Shown in pieces: positions 1 to 10,254 of a stretch of DNA of 64,000 nucleotides. The notes beneath the pieces were generated by a model. The model did not search any database. It was not told where the DNA came from and saw only the letters and a program-made list of their open reading frames with translations. The translations under genes were made by a program, and so were the position numbers. Each line of letters begins with the position of its first letter. Position 1 is the stretch's first letter. This DNA comes from a bacterium (GTDB lineage Bacteria > Bacteroidota > Ignavibacteria > Kapaibacteriales > UBA2268): the NCBI GenBank assembly GCA_043804925.1, contig JAZDIP010000022.1:148931-212930 (forward strand). Direction: 5' to 3'.

Positions 1-2
1 CG

Positions 3-1607
3 AACTATCTTTATATGACATATTCCGGTGATGAGAATGACACAATTCCTCAGAATAAAAATGAATCTGTTATTGTGCTTGGTTCCGGTGCCTACCGGAT
101 TGGCAGCAGTGTGGAATTCGACTGGTGCAGTGTAAATTCAATAATGGCTCTAAAAAAACAGGGAATTGAATCCATAATGATTAATTATAATCCCGAAACT
201 GTCAGTACCGATTATGATATTTGCGATAAACTTTATTTCGATGAACTGACATTTGAAAGAGTAATGGATATTATCGAGTATGAATCTCCGTTTGGTGTTA
301 TCGTTTCAATGGGCGGACAAATTCCGAATAATCTTGCAATGAGATTGAAAGACCAGAAAATTAATATACTCGGAACATCTCCCGAATCAATTGACAATGC
401 CGAAGACAGACACAAGTTTTCTGCTTTACTCGATAAGCTGGAAATCGAGCAACCAGAATGGATAGAATCAACGAGTGTTGAAGAAGTACACGATTTTGCA
501 AAAAAAGTTGGCTATCCTTTGTTGATACGTCCTTCTTATGTGCTTTCAGGTTCGGCAATGAACGTGGTTTCAAACGAAAGTGAGCTCGATAAGTTTTTGA
601 CAATTGCCGCAAATGTATCCAAGCGGTATCCTGTTGTAGTAACAAAATTTTTTGAAGACACAAAGGAAATAGAAATGGATGCTGTTGCAAAAAATGGAGA
701 AATCATCGCTTATGCAATTTCCGAGCATGTGGAATTTGCAGGCGTTCACTCCGGTGATGCAACAATGCTTTTTCCACCACAAAAAATTTATGTCGAAACA
801 ACCAGAAAAATAAAAAGAACAACAGGCAACATTGCGAAAGCATTGAATATTACAGGTCCTTTCAATATTCAATATCTTGCAAAAGATAATGACATTAAAG
901 TAATCGAATGTAATCTTCGTGCATCACGAAGTTTTCCGTTTGTGTCCAAAGTATTGAAAACAAATTTAATTGAACTGTCTACAAATGCAATGTTGGGATT
1001 AAAAGTTGAAAAGCCTGATAAATCTCTTTTTGATTTGGATTACATTGGTGTCAAAGCTCCGCAATTCTCGTTCTCACGATTGCACAAAGCAGACCCTGTT
1101 CTCGGTGTTGAGATGGCTTCAACCGGTGAGGTCGGTTGCCTTGGAGAAAATTACTACGAAGCAATTTTGTGTGCTATGCTATCTGTCGGATATACAATTC
1201 CAAAGAAAAATATTTTAATTTCTTCGGGTGCGATACGTTCTAAAGTAGAATTAGTCAAATCTGCAGAGATGTTGGTTGAAAATGGCTATAAACTATTTTC
1301 GACTCTCGGCACTTATGAATTCTTAAAAAATGCAGGTGTTATAACCACATTGGTTCTTCGACCTGATGAAAATTATAAGCCCGATGTAATTGATATGATT
1401 CGCGATAAAAAATTCGATTTAATCATCAACATATCGAAAGACCTTAGCGAGCGGGAATTGGACAGGGACTATCAAATCCGTCGCAATGCAGTTGATTACA
1501 ACATTCCATTACTGACAAATGCACGTCTTGCAAGTGCATTCATCTACGCTTTCTGCAAAATGAAAATTGAAGACATTGCAATTAAGAGTTGGAATGAATT
1601 TAATTAA
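3..1607 (+). CDS. carB: Carbamoyl-phosphate synthase large subunit, C-terminal half (5'-truncated by the window edge)
   Basis: Frame is open from the window start (NYLYMTY). Motifs include VLGSGAYRIGSSVEFD, NYNPETVSTDYD, ATP-grasp RPSYVLSG and EHVEFAGVHSGD, plus a C-terminal MGS-like domain. Confidence 0.97.
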   Translation, partial: NYLYMTYSGDENDTIPQNKNESVIVLGSGAYRIGSSVEFDWCSVNSIMALKKQGIESIMINYNPETVSTDYDICDKLYFDELTFERVMDIIEYESPFGVIVSMGGQIPNNLAMRLKDQKINILGTSPESIDNAEDRHKFSALLDKLEIEQPEWIESTSVEEVHDFAKKVGYPLLIRPSYVLSGSAMNVVSNESELDKFLTIAANVSKRYPVVVTKFFEDTKEIEMDAVAKNGEIIAYAISEHVEFAGVHSGDATMLFPPQKIYVETTRKIKRTTGNIAKALNITGPFNIQYLAKDNDIKVIECNLRASRSFPFVSKVLKTNLIELSTNAMLGLKVEKPDKSLFDLDYIGVKAPQFSFSRLHKADPVLGVEMASTGEVGCLGENYYEAILCAMLSVGYTIPKKNILISSGAIRSKVELVKSAEMLVENGYKLFSTLGTYEFLKNAGVITTLVLRPDENYKPDVIDMIRDKKFDLIINISKDLSERELDRDYQIRRNAVDYNIPLLTNARLASAFIYAFCKMKIEDIAIKSWNEFN

Positions 1608-1699
1608 TTGATAATTGTTAATTGATAATGGATAATTGTTAATTGTTAATGGATAATGAAAACTATTCCAGTTAAGTCAGTTGTAACATCTGACAGAAC
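1572..1699 (+). repeat. Direct repeat copy 1: carB 3' end plus downstream heptamer array (partner at 4923-5070)
   Basis: 1572-1598 matches 4923-4949 at 24/27 nt. Similarity continues through the ATTGATA/ATGGATA/ATTGTTA heptamers and GTTAAGTCAGTTGT...CATCTGACAGAAC. Confidence 0.9.
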
Positions 1700-1732
1700 T
1701 TCAAAGAGTAGGAATGAGATGTGAGTATAATA

Positions 1733-3214
1733 CTACCTACCTAAAGCTTTTAATAATATTTGCTTCGTTTTCTCATTACTTGGCCTTGTCATATTAGCAT
1801 TGATAAAATTTCCTTTTTTGTCTATCAGTATATAATGAGGTTCACCTTGAAACATGAATTTTTTACTAAGTTCTGCTGCCTGCTTAGCGTCGGCTATGAG
1901 ATGAACACCGGGAATTTCTTTTGTTATAATAAATTTCTTCAATCTTTCGATATCTATATCAGTACTGATGCAAAGGAAAACAATCCCCTTATCATTTTCA
2001 AATTCTTTATGTAGTTTTTGTGCATGTGGTATTTCTTGTAGACAGGGACCGCAGTTAGTTCTCCAAATATCGAGATAAACTATTTTACCTTTAAAATCCG
2101 AAAGAGAAACGGGATTGCCATAAAGATCGTTCAATTTAAAATTAAAGGCAAATTGTCCGGGCTGCAGTTTTTTCCTATAATTGTATAAAGTTGTTATTTT
2201 ATCAAAATATACTCTGTTCTCCACAATAGATTCAAACATATCTACGTATTTTTTCAACGTGTCCAATTCCTCAGGTTTCATCATATTCTCAATATCATCA
2301 GATAAATTCATTGCTAATGCAATATCCTTTCCTAAGCCATTATGTTTTGTTTTTATATATTCAAAGAGAGCTTTATTTTCAATGTCTTTACCATAAAAGC
2401 CGCCTAAATCATCCCTGATTTTTAACCTGATCAGTTTGCTGTACCACTTCATACAGTCAAGGTAAAAATACGAATTTTCGTTCTTTGGATTATCCAAGTT
2501 TAAATCATCAATAAATTCGAAATCCTTTCCATCAGGTACGATTGGTTTGTTGTCCGGATGCCAATAATAATGAAAAATATAATAATATATTCTATCATAA
2601 CCCCATTTGTAAATAATGTTATCTTTTGCTTCGTTACAAAGTTTTGAGGAAAGATTGTTTTCAGAGAAATAATTCTTACAAAATTCCAGCTGTTCCTTCT
2701 TTCTAAAATTAAAATATTTCTTGCATTTATCATAGTCATAACTATAATAAAAATGTTTGTAATATTCATCATCCGATGGAAATTCTTTTTCAAACACGAT
2801 AAAATAATTCTGAAATGCAGCTGATTCCCCATAAAAATCTACTTTGTATTCTTCTAATTCTTCATTAATCTCTATCTTCATTTCAAGTTTATCACCCGGA
2901 ATAAAATAAATATATGCCAGCTTATAGATATTTTCTGTGGCTATCCTTATTTTTGCAAAGAGATAAGAATTTATCTCAACATGAAAATTACCTTCTTCTG
3001 AAACATCTACAGAAATATTTTCTTCTTTAAATCCCAAACAACCTTGCTCGAAAATATTGAGTGATAATTCTCTAAGATCAGTTCCTGAAATGTTGCCGGA
3101 TATTACCATTGGTTCTTCTTTTAATGCTGATTGGCTAAAACATTTTGAAGTATTAGCATATGTGAATGCTATCAGAATTAGTACAATTCTTGTTAACATT
3201 AGGAGTATTTTCAT
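1733..3214 (-). CDS. TlpA-like thioredoxin/redoxin-domain exported protein (paralogue 1)
   Basis: N-terminal signal peptide. C-terminal redoxin domain FNFKLNDLYGNPVSLSDFKGKIVYLDIWRTNCGPC. Confidence 0.88.
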   Translation of the reverse strand: MKILLMLTRIVLILIAFTYANTSKCFSQSALKEEPMVISGNISGTDLRELSLNIFEQGCLGFKEENISVDVSEEGNFHVEINSYLFAKIRIATENIYKLAYIYFIPGDKLEMKIEINEELEEYKVDFYGESAAFQNYFIVFEKEFPSDDEYYKHFYYSYDYDKCKKYFNFRKKEQLEFCKNYFSENNLSSKLCNEAKDNIIYKWGYDRIYYYIFHYYWHPDNKPIVPDGKDFEFIDDLNLDNPKNENSYFYLDCMKWYSKLIRLKIRDDLGGFYGKDIENKALFEYIKTKHNGLGKDIALAMNLSDDIENMMKPEELDTLKKYVDMFESIVENRVYFDKITTLYNYRKKLQPGQFAFNFKLNDLYGNPVSLSDFKGKIVYLDIWRTNCGPCLQEIPHAQKLHKEFENDKGIVFLCISTDIDIERLKKFIITKEIPGVHLIADAKQAAELSKKFMFQGEPHYILIDKKGNFINANMTRPSNEKTKQILLKALGR

Positions 3215-3331
3215 TGCTTTGAATATTTATTATTAAATTCTTTTATTTTTAAAATTGTTGTAATATTATTTCGCCTTCTGAAATATTCAATTCACAGACA
3301 TTACTATCAAAAGACGAAATGAGATGTAAAT

Positions 3332-4807
3332 TTACATCCTTAAAGCTTCCAGTAATTTCTTCTTTGTTTTCGGATTGCTTGGTCTATACATATCGGCATC
3401 AATAAAATTGCCTTTGCGGTCAATCAACAAATATTGGGGTATTCCGCTGTACATGAATTTTTCCCTAAGCAATATATCTTCTTGCTGATTTGTGAAAAGA
3501 TGTATACCCGGCATACCTCTTTTCCTGATAAAGTCCTTTATTATTTCAGTGTAGCCGTTGTTTGTATTTATACTAAGAAAAATCAAATCCTTTTCATTTT
3601 TCAATTCATCATAAAGTTTTTTTGTATGAGGTATCTCTTCCATGCAAGGACCGCAGCCAAGCCCCCAAATATCTATATAAACAATTTTACCTTTAAAATC
3701 AGATAAATTCACCGTTTTGCCGTCAAAGTCTTTTAATGTGAAATTGAATGCAGGATTTCCCGGCATCATTTTCAATCGCCGATTATAAACATCCAATACA
3801 TTTTGAAAATATTCTTCGTATTTAACTTTTTTTCCGAACTTGTCAACAAACATTTTCATTGTGTCAAGCTTTTTTGCATCGCTTGTGTATTCAAGGTCTC
3901 CGGTTAGACGCATCGCTATAACAATATCTTTACATATACCTTCTAAATTTTTATCACAATAATTGAAGAATACGTTTAGTGATTTTTTATATCCGGGATA
4001 TTTATCCCATCTGCTATCTACTATCTTACCGATTAGATCTTTGTATTGATTTAAAAAGGATATATAAGAATAGCTATCCTTTGACCATGGATTGCTGACA
4101 AGAATCTCTTCCAGATAATCATAATCATTTCCGTCAAGTTTGATTGGTTCATGATTCGGATGCCAGAAATAATGATAATAAAGATAATATGTCCTGTTAA
4201 AAGCCCATTCGTAAATTATATCATTTTTCGCTTCCCTGACAGCTATCGTTGGAAGATTGGTGTTCTTAAAAGAACTGTCACAAAAAGCGAGTTGTTTTTC
4301 CTTCCTGTTATTCCAATATTTTTTACTTGCTTCATAATCATAGTTATCATAAAAGTGTTTATAAAATTCATCCTCTTTTGGAAAGAGCTTTTCAAATTGT
4401 ACAAAATAATTATGGAATTTTGCAAATTTGCCGCGAAAAGTAACATCGGGTTGCTCATCCTTTTTTTTGAACTTAATATTCATTTCAATTGAATCGCCCG
4501 GTATTAAATATATAGTCGCAATCGAAAAATAATTTCCAAGGGGTATCCATGTATGAGCCATCGTGTAAGCATCAATGTCAATTGAAAAAGTTCCATCCTT
4601 TTTAACTTTTGCTATCAAGTTGTCAAATTTGAATGCAATTGAACCTTGCTTTGACACATTAAATATTATTTCCTCAAATTTGGAACCTTCTATTTTTCCA
4701 AAAATGTGGACAGGTTTATCGGTATCAATTTGTAAATGCTTGTCGCAGGATGACAAAATAAAAACTATCATCAAAAGTGTTGATTTAAGATAAATAGACT
4801 TTTTCAT
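3332..4807 (-). CDS. TlpA-like thioredoxin/redoxin-domain lipoprotein (paralogue 2)
   Basis: Lipobox ILSSC. Redoxin domain FKGKIVYIDIWGLGCGPC. Colinear similarity to the 1733-3214 product. Confidence 0.88.
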   Translation of the reverse strand: MKKSIYLKSTLLMIVFILSSCDKHLQIDTDKPVHIFGKIEGSKFEEIIFNVSKQGSIAFKFDNLIAKVKKDGTFSIDIDAYTMAHTWIPLGNYFSIATIYLIPGDSIEMNIKFKKKDEQPDVTFRGKFAKFHNYFVQFEKLFPKEDEFYKHFYDNYDYEASKKYWNNRKEKQLAFCDSSFKNTNLPTIAVREAKNDIIYEWAFNRTYYLYYHYFWHPNHEPIKLDGNDYDYLEEILVSNPWSKDSYSYISFLNQYKDLIGKIVDSRWDKYPGYKKSLNVFFNYCDKNLEGICKDIVIAMRLTGDLEYTSDAKKLDTMKMFVDKFGKKVKYEEYFQNVLDVYNRRLKMMPGNPAFNFTLKDFDGKTVNLSDFKGKIVYIDIWGLGCGPCMEEIPHTKKLYDELKNEKDLIFLSINTNNGYTEIIKDFIRKRGMPGIHLFTNQQEDILLREKFMYSGIPQYLLIDRKGNFIDADMYRPSNPKTKKKLLEALRM

Positions 4808-4895
4808 ATTAGGACCTCAAAAATAATTTTTACGAGCCATTGTCAAAAGATTAATATTATATTTTTTGTTTTGGCATTCCTAACTTACAAAGAAA

Positions 4896-5070
4896 ATGGC
4901 ATTATTCAATATTAAAACACAAGATATTGCGATTAAAAGTTGGAATGAAATGTAATCAATGGATAATTGTTAATTGATAATGGATAATGAAAAATATTTC
5001 GGTTAAGTCAGTTGTTACAAAGATTTCATTCTCATACGAACATTCTGTCAAATGTTACATCTGACAGAAC
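4896..5070 (+). pseudogene. Orphan carB 3'-end remnant (mini-ORF MALFNIKTQDIAIKSWNEM*, 4896-4955) plus a duplicated downstream region
   Basis: DIAIKSWNE is identical to the CarB C-terminus, with 3 synonymous nucleotide changes. It is followed by the same heptamer array and a TTCTGTCA/TGACAGAA inverted repeat. Confidence 0.8.
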
Positions 5071-5192
5071 AAAAATATTCTAAATTTTAGTCGTTTGATA
5101 CACCTATCAACAATATATTTATTTGGATAATTAATTATACTGATTTATTTTAGTAAATAGTTAAATTGCTTTTTACTATCAAGGAGATTGTT

Positions 5193-7340
5193 ATGAAAAA
5201 GATTTTGGTTTTTCTTTCACTTCTGTTGATTTTTACTGTTAATTGCTTATCTCAAGACTTTTGGGAAAGGGTAAATGTCCCAAACGACTCACCAGTAATG
5301 GAAATTGCTCAATCACAAACAGGTGAATTATTTGCCGCTTCAGTCGGTGCATACAAATCTATAGATAATGCTGAGTCATGGATGGGAATTAACAAGACAG
5401 AATTCCAGGGACTAACTTTGGATTTGTTCGAAATGTATATTTATTTACGCTCTGTTTTAGTAGCAAAAGATAGTACGGTTTATATTAATATGGGAGATGG
5501 TATTGCATTCAAATCCGAAGATTCGGGTAATAATTGGATTCCATTAATGGATGGTCCACAAAATATTTATAATATTGTCGAAGATGATAGCGGAAGATTA
5601 TTCGCTTTAAAATACAATGGGCTTTATTATTCTGATGATAAAGGGATAACATGGATACAAGTTGAAGGTATTATTGATGAGGAAAACGATTATATCAGAA
5701 GTTGTAAAATGTCCATTACACCATGGGGAGATTTATTTATCCCGATAAAAGGAACTATGATAAAGAGATTAAATAGCGAGGAATATGAAAGTTCAGGTGA
5801 AGGTTTGGATTCAGCATATATCACTTGTTATGCTTTTAAAGATAATATTGTTTACGCCGGTGCAGGAGATAAAAGAGGACTTTTCTTTTCAAATGATTCC
5901 GGGAAAACATGGGCTCAGTTTGAGAGTTTTCCCGAAAATATCAATATTACAGCATTGGCATTCAACGATGCTGGAGTATTTTTCGCAGGAACCGACAGTA
6001 ACGGAGTTTGCATTTCAAATGATAATGGTTTAACATGGGAACAAAATTCACAGATACCTAATCAAGAAATTTATTCAATAAAATCAATTGGGGATAAAGT
6101 TTATATATGTACCAATGGTTTATATGTATCTGATGATGGTACAAACTGGACTTTAAAAAATAACGGATTATCATACCCAGGTGTAGGTGCCCATAATTTT
6201 AATAGCCAAAGTAATCATTATGCTATAACATATTTTAATTTCTTTAAATCAGACGATAATTGTGTTACATGGAATTCAATGGATTTGCCTTTCGATTTTC
6301 GTTACACATCCTTCTTCCTTATAGATAATGAAGATAATATGTATGCTGCCAGCTTCAATGATAACTGGTTTTACTATTCCACCGATTATGGTACGTCATG
6401 GGGAGATGTAAATGACTTGGTACAAAATCTTGGCATTACGATTAATGATGTCATCAGCTTAGCTATGAATAGCAAAGGAGATATATACTTAGCTTTCGAC
6501 GCTGGTGAATCAATTTGGAAATCAACTGATAACGGACACAGCTGGGTATTTTTTATGCAGGATGATATGGCATCGAGATTATTTATTGGTAATAATGATG
6601 AGCTATTAATATATAATCCTATGTACGGTTCAAAATTATCGAAAGATGATGGTGCATCTTGGATAAATATTAACATGAGACCGGCAATTGATGATTATGA
6701 ACAACCGCATCATATTTTAGTTGACGGCAATCTTATTTTTTCGGCAGGTTCCCAAACCGGTTTTTATATATCAACAGATAATGGTGAAACATGGGAAAAT
6801 AAAAATGAAGGCATTGCTCCCAACTTTGAAGAAGGTCCCGAAGGGAGTATTGAAATATTTAAAATTCAATATCTGAATGGTATTATTTACATCGCTACAG
6901 GTAGCGGTATTTATTATTCAGATAATCTTGCGGACACATGGCAACCATTGAACTCAGGAACAGTCAGAGCTAAAGCAGGCGATTTTTTATTCAAGAAAGA
7001 CAATCATTTATATGTTACTTCTTTATCCGGAGTCTATCGCAGCGTAGATGAAATTGTTGATGTTGAGGATGGATTATTAAGTGTTGGAAATGTTAACTTC
7101 AAAATATTTCCGAATCCTGTAAAAGATTTAATTAATATTGATGCTATTGGAAATCCTGAAGGTAAAATAAGAATTACATTATTTGATTTGAGTGGAAATA
7201 AATTATCAACTTTATTTGATGGTTATTGTCAAAACGGGAACATTCAAATCCCCATAAAGCATATTATATCAGGTAGTTATTTCCTAAAACTCGAATCAAA
7301 CTGTGAATCTGTGACAACAGTATTAAAAGTAATTAGATAA
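5193..7340 (+). CDS. Secreted BNR/Asp-box repeat beta-propeller protein with T9SS type A sorting domain
   Basis: AAGGAG RBS before ATG 5193 and a signal peptide. Many S-x-D-x-G-x-T/S-W repeats. C-terminal IFPNPVKD...SGSYFLKL sorting domain. Confidence 0.85.
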   Translation: MKKILVFLSLLLIFTVNCLSQDFWERVNVPNDSPVMEIAQSQTGELFAASVGAYKSIDNAESWMGINKTEFQGLTLDLFEMYIYLRSVLVAKDSTVYINMGDGIAFKSEDSGNNWIPLMDGPQNIYNIVEDDSGRLFALKYNGLYYSDDKGITWIQVEGIIDEENDYIRSCKMSITPWGDLFIPIKGTMIKRLNSEEYESSGEGLDSAYITCYAFKDNIVYAGAGDKRGLFFSNDSGKTWAQFESFPENINITALAFNDAGVFFAGTDSNGVCISNDNGLTWEQNSQIPNQEIYSIKSIGDKVYICTNGLYVSDDGTNWTLKNNGLSYPGVGAHNFNSQSNHYAITYFNFFKSDDNCVTWNSMDLPFDFRYTSFFLIDNEDNMYAASFNDNWFYYSTDYGTSWGDVNDLVQNLGITINDVISLAMNSKGDIYLAFDAGESIWKSTDNGHSWVFFMQDDMASRLFIGNNDELLIYNPMYGSKLSKDDGASWININMRPAIDDYEQPHHILVDGNLIFSAGSQTGFYISTDNGETWENKNEGIAPNFEEGPEGSIEIFKIQYLNGIIYIATGSGIYYSDNLADTWQPLNSGTVRAKAGDFLFKKDNHLYVTSLSGVYRSVDEIVDVEDGLLSVGNVNFKIFPNPVKDLINIDAIGNPEGKIRITLFDLSGNKLSTLFDGYCQNGNIQIPIKHIISGSYFLKLESNCESVTTVLKVIR

Positions 7341-7351
7341 ATCTAAAAAAT

Positions 7352-7398
7352 AATCAGTGAAGCTCTTATTAACAGTACAGAACTTCACTGATTTTTTT
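7352..7398. terminator. Probable bidirectional intrinsic terminator between convergent genes
   Basis: AATCAGTGAAG / CTTCACTGATT inverted repeat flanked by A and T runs. Confidence 0.7.
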
Positions 7399-7411
7399 GT
7401 TAACAGGATTT

Positions 7412-8143
7412 TCATCTCCTCTGATTCTCAATTCCAAGTTTTATTTCAATTGAAAGATCGGGAGGTATATAATCAGGTAGTCCCGGGGCTTCTGATGAAC
7501 CAACCTGCCATTTACTATCCAATATTTTAAGAACATCAAGATTCAAAGCATATTTTACTTCAAAAGAAACAAGGAAATTTTTAATTTCCTGCTCAGATTC
7601 TCGTACATTTATTCTCAAATCACATCCGCCTCCAAGTATTAAATTCAAATTAGATTTTTCATACTTATTCATTTTGTTGTCAAGATATTGAATCCCATGC
7701 ACTTCATTATATTTGATAGGCATAAGCAATTCAGTTTTTGAAAAGCCAATTCCAATTACAGGATGTACTGTTACCATCTTCATATAAGATTCAAAAACAG
7801 ATAGTTCTGCTGATAATGAATAAGTTTGTAATTCTGCATTATAAAATACATTACTTGTTTTTCTTGTAATGGGAAATCTGAAATCCAGTGAATATAAAAG
7901 AAAATACGGCTTGTTTGAAATAATAGGATTGTGATTAACCTTATAGCTTATTCCAAAATAATAAACATGACCCGTTAAATCATCGGTCTTAATGATTTTT
8001 TTCAGCAAAGAATTTATATTGTCAGGATTATCATAATATATCCCGTTTGAAACCGAGAAAATATCTGTTTTCGGATAATAGTAATCATCTGCCCAAGCAG
8101 TTGAAATAATAATTAGAAACGTTATTATGAAAAATGTTTTCAT
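7412..8143 (-). CDS. Hypothetical exported protein, possibly an outer-membrane beta-barrel
   Basis: Signal peptide ending AWA, alternating aromatic/hydrophobic strands. Confidence 0.55.
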   Translation of the reverse strand: MKTFFIITFLIIISTAWADDYYYPKTDIFSVSNGIYYDNPDNINSLLKKIIKTDDLTGHVYYFGISYKVNHNPIISNKPYFLLYSLDFRFPITRKTSNVFYNAELQTYSLSAELSVFESYMKMVTVHPVIGIGFSKTELLMPIKYNEVHGIQYLDNKMNKYEKSNLNLILGGGCDLRINVRESEQEIKNFLVSFEVKYALNLDVLKILDSKWQVGSSEAPGLPDYIPPDLSIEIKLGIENQRR

Positions 8144-8149
8144 ATTATA

Positions 8150-8180
8150 AAAAAGCCCGAAATTTTGTGAAATCCCGGGC
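8150..8180 (-). terminator. Probable intrinsic terminator after the GT2 gene
   Basis: AGCCCG...CGGGCT stem followed by a T run on the minus strand. Confidence 0.6.
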
Positions 8181-8200
8181 TATGACCAAAACATAAAAAA

Positions 8201-9652
8201 CTATTTAGCTAATGCATGCTTCAGCGATAAAGAACCTACCGCTCCGAAGCCAAATAAAAACATAAGTTGGAAAGGTATTGCCGCTATTTCAAGGTAGTAA
8301 GCAGATATTACAATTCCAATAAGAAAATATAAAGTCAACAATAATTCAAAAATAATAGTACCACTAATTTTTTTATCAACATATTTCTTTTTACGCCAAT
8401 CGTCAGTATTCTTTACGATATTATATTTCGGAGTCCTTTCGAATCCTGACTTCTTGTTAATTAAAGCTTCAATAACAGCTTTAGTGTTGTTTACAGCCAT
8501 GCCCATGCTTCCACCAAGGAAAATGGGAAAGAAGAGCAATCTTTTTCTCCAATCGAGATGTAACGCTCTTTGTCCGTAAAGATAAAATAAGAAAGTTGAA
8601 ATCGAAGCAAGAACAAATATTGACATCATAGTGTAATATTCATCATAACCTGCTATGTTATTTTTAATCACAACCAAGGGTATGTTGAGTAAGGCAACCA
8701 ATATAATAAAAGGAAATACTATATTTGAAGTCAAGTGAACGAAACATTCAAGTTTGATTTTCAATGGTTGGTCAGACTTGAAGACCTGCGGTAAAATCTT
8801 CTTAGCAGTTTCAACAGCTCCTTTTGTCCAGCGGAATTGTTGTGTTTTCAAAGCATTAATATCTGCAGGTAATTCAGCAGGGGAAGTTACATTATTAAGA
8901 AAGATGAACTTCCAACCCTTGAGTTGTGCCCTGAAACTTAGGTCCATGTCTTCCGTCAAAGTATCTTCCTGCCAGTTGCCTGCATCAATGATAGTGCTTT
9001 TTCTCCAAATACCTGCAGTACCGTTGAAGTTAATAAAAAATCCTGCTTTGTTACGAACCTGTTGCTCAATAGCAAAATGACCGTCTAAAGCAAGAGCCAG
9101 AGCTCTTGTTAATAGAGAATATTCTTCATTTAAATGTTCCCAGCGTGTTTGCACACATCCAACATTTTTGTCGGAGAACTGGGGAATTGTTTTCAATAAA
9201 AAATCCTTTTTAGGAACAAAGTCAGCATCAAAAATTGCAACGAACTCTCCTTTGGCAATTTCGAGTCCGTACTTTAATGCCCCGGCTTTGAATCCCTGGC
9301 GGTTCTCACGGTGAATATAGTTTATATCGTAACCTTGTTCTCTATAATAGTTAACAAGTCTGTTTGCGATATTTACCGTTTCATCAGTTGAATCGTCAAG
9401 CACCTGAATTTCAAGTTTATCCTTTGGATAATCGAAGTTACAAACAGCGGCAAGCAACCTTTCTATAACATACATCTCGTTATACATTGGCAATTGCACA
9501 GTAACATTCGGTAATACCCCGGGTAAATCCCGTACAGGTGATGTTATTTTCGATGTCTTATGATAGTAATACAGCATTACGATTCCGTGCATACCGAAAC
9601 CGAAAAGAATGCTGAGTCCTAATAAGTAAACAACTAGTATAATATTTTCCAT
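8201..9652 (-). CDS. Membrane-bound family 2 glycosyltransferase (cellulose synthase/CslA-like)
   Basis: DDSTD, GFKAGAL, DADF, TEDMD and QQFRW (QxxRW) motifs with flanking TM helices. Confidence 0.92.
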   Translation of the reverse strand: MENIILVVYLLGLSILFGFGMHGIVMLYYYHKTSKITSPVRDLPGVLPNVTVQLPMYNEMYVIERLLAAVCNFDYPKDKLEIQVLDDSTDETVNIANRLVNYYREQGYDINYIHRENRQGFKAGALKYGLEIAKGEFVAIFDADFVPKKDFLLKTIPQFSDKNVGCVQTRWEHLNEEYSLLTRALALALDGHFAIEQQVRNKAGFFINFNGTAGIWRKSTIIDAGNWQEDTLTEDMDLSFRAQLKGWKFIFLNNVTSPAELPADINALKTQQFRWTKGAVETAKKILPQVFKSDQPLKIKLECFVHLTSNIVFPFIILVALLNIPLVVIKNNIAGYDEYYTMMSIFVLASISTFLFYLYGQRALHLDWRKRLLFFPIFLGGSMGMAVNNTKAVIEALINKKSGFERTPKYNIVKNTDDWRKKKYVDKKISGTIIFELLLTLYFLIGIVISAYYLEIAAIPFQLMFLFGFGAVGSLSLKHALAK

Positions 9653-9696
9653 AAGCGGTGAACAACCTCACCATTGTTAATAATATTAATTATTTT

Positions 9697-10227
9697 CTAC
9701 CATCCTGAAACAACCGCTAACAAAATATCGTCAGTGGCTTGCTCCAACGCAACATTAATAGCTCTGTCTCTTTCGACCATTGCGTTATTCAAATTGTAAA
9801 CTTCAAAATTAGAAAAACTTTTTGTCCAGATAATTTTTTTCTTCACGGCGTCGTAATATTCTGCATCGCAAGAAACTGTTATTTTTCTTTCACTTTCGAC
9901 TTCACCGGGTCTGACTGTCTGCATTTCGTCTCTTATTGACTTGATGCTGACACTCAATCTTGCGTCGCCTCCTCTGTCCACAAGTTTCAAAGAATTATCT
10001 TTTTGAAATTTCTCAACTAATTTTTGAAATAACGTTTCTCTGTATGCCGGATTCCCGTACCCGCTGTTATCGCTAACAGACGATAAATATAATGTTTTCA
10101 AATGTTCGGGTATTGTCCCGCCCGTAAATGAATAACATCCCAAAAAGAACGTCAATACAAAAATGCAACTTAAGAAATAAATACATATCTTATAATTAAG
10201 TAAAAATGAATTTATTTTCATCGTCAT
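9697..10227 (-). CDS. lptE: LPS assembly lipoprotein LptE-like protein
   Basis: Lipobox FLGC followed by YSFTGGTIP, matching the Bacteroidota-type LptE pattern and length. Confidence 0.75.
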   Translation of the reverse strand: MTMKINSFLLNYKICIYFLSCIFVLTFFLGCYSFTGGTIPEHLKTLYLSSVSDNSGYGNPAYRETLFQKLVEKFQKDNSLKLVDRGGDARLSVSIKSIRDEMQTVRPGEVESERKITVSCDAEYYDAVKKKIIWTKSFSNFEVYNLNNAMVERDRAINVALEQATDDILLAVVSGW

Positions 10228-10254
10228 TTTTTGCTTTATAAATATACAAAAAAA

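Noticed and set aside
1603-1660. ATTGATA/ATGGATA heptamer array as a dedicated element
   Set aside because: This is low-complexity intergenic repeat of a type scattered through the window. It is only informative as part of the carB duplication.
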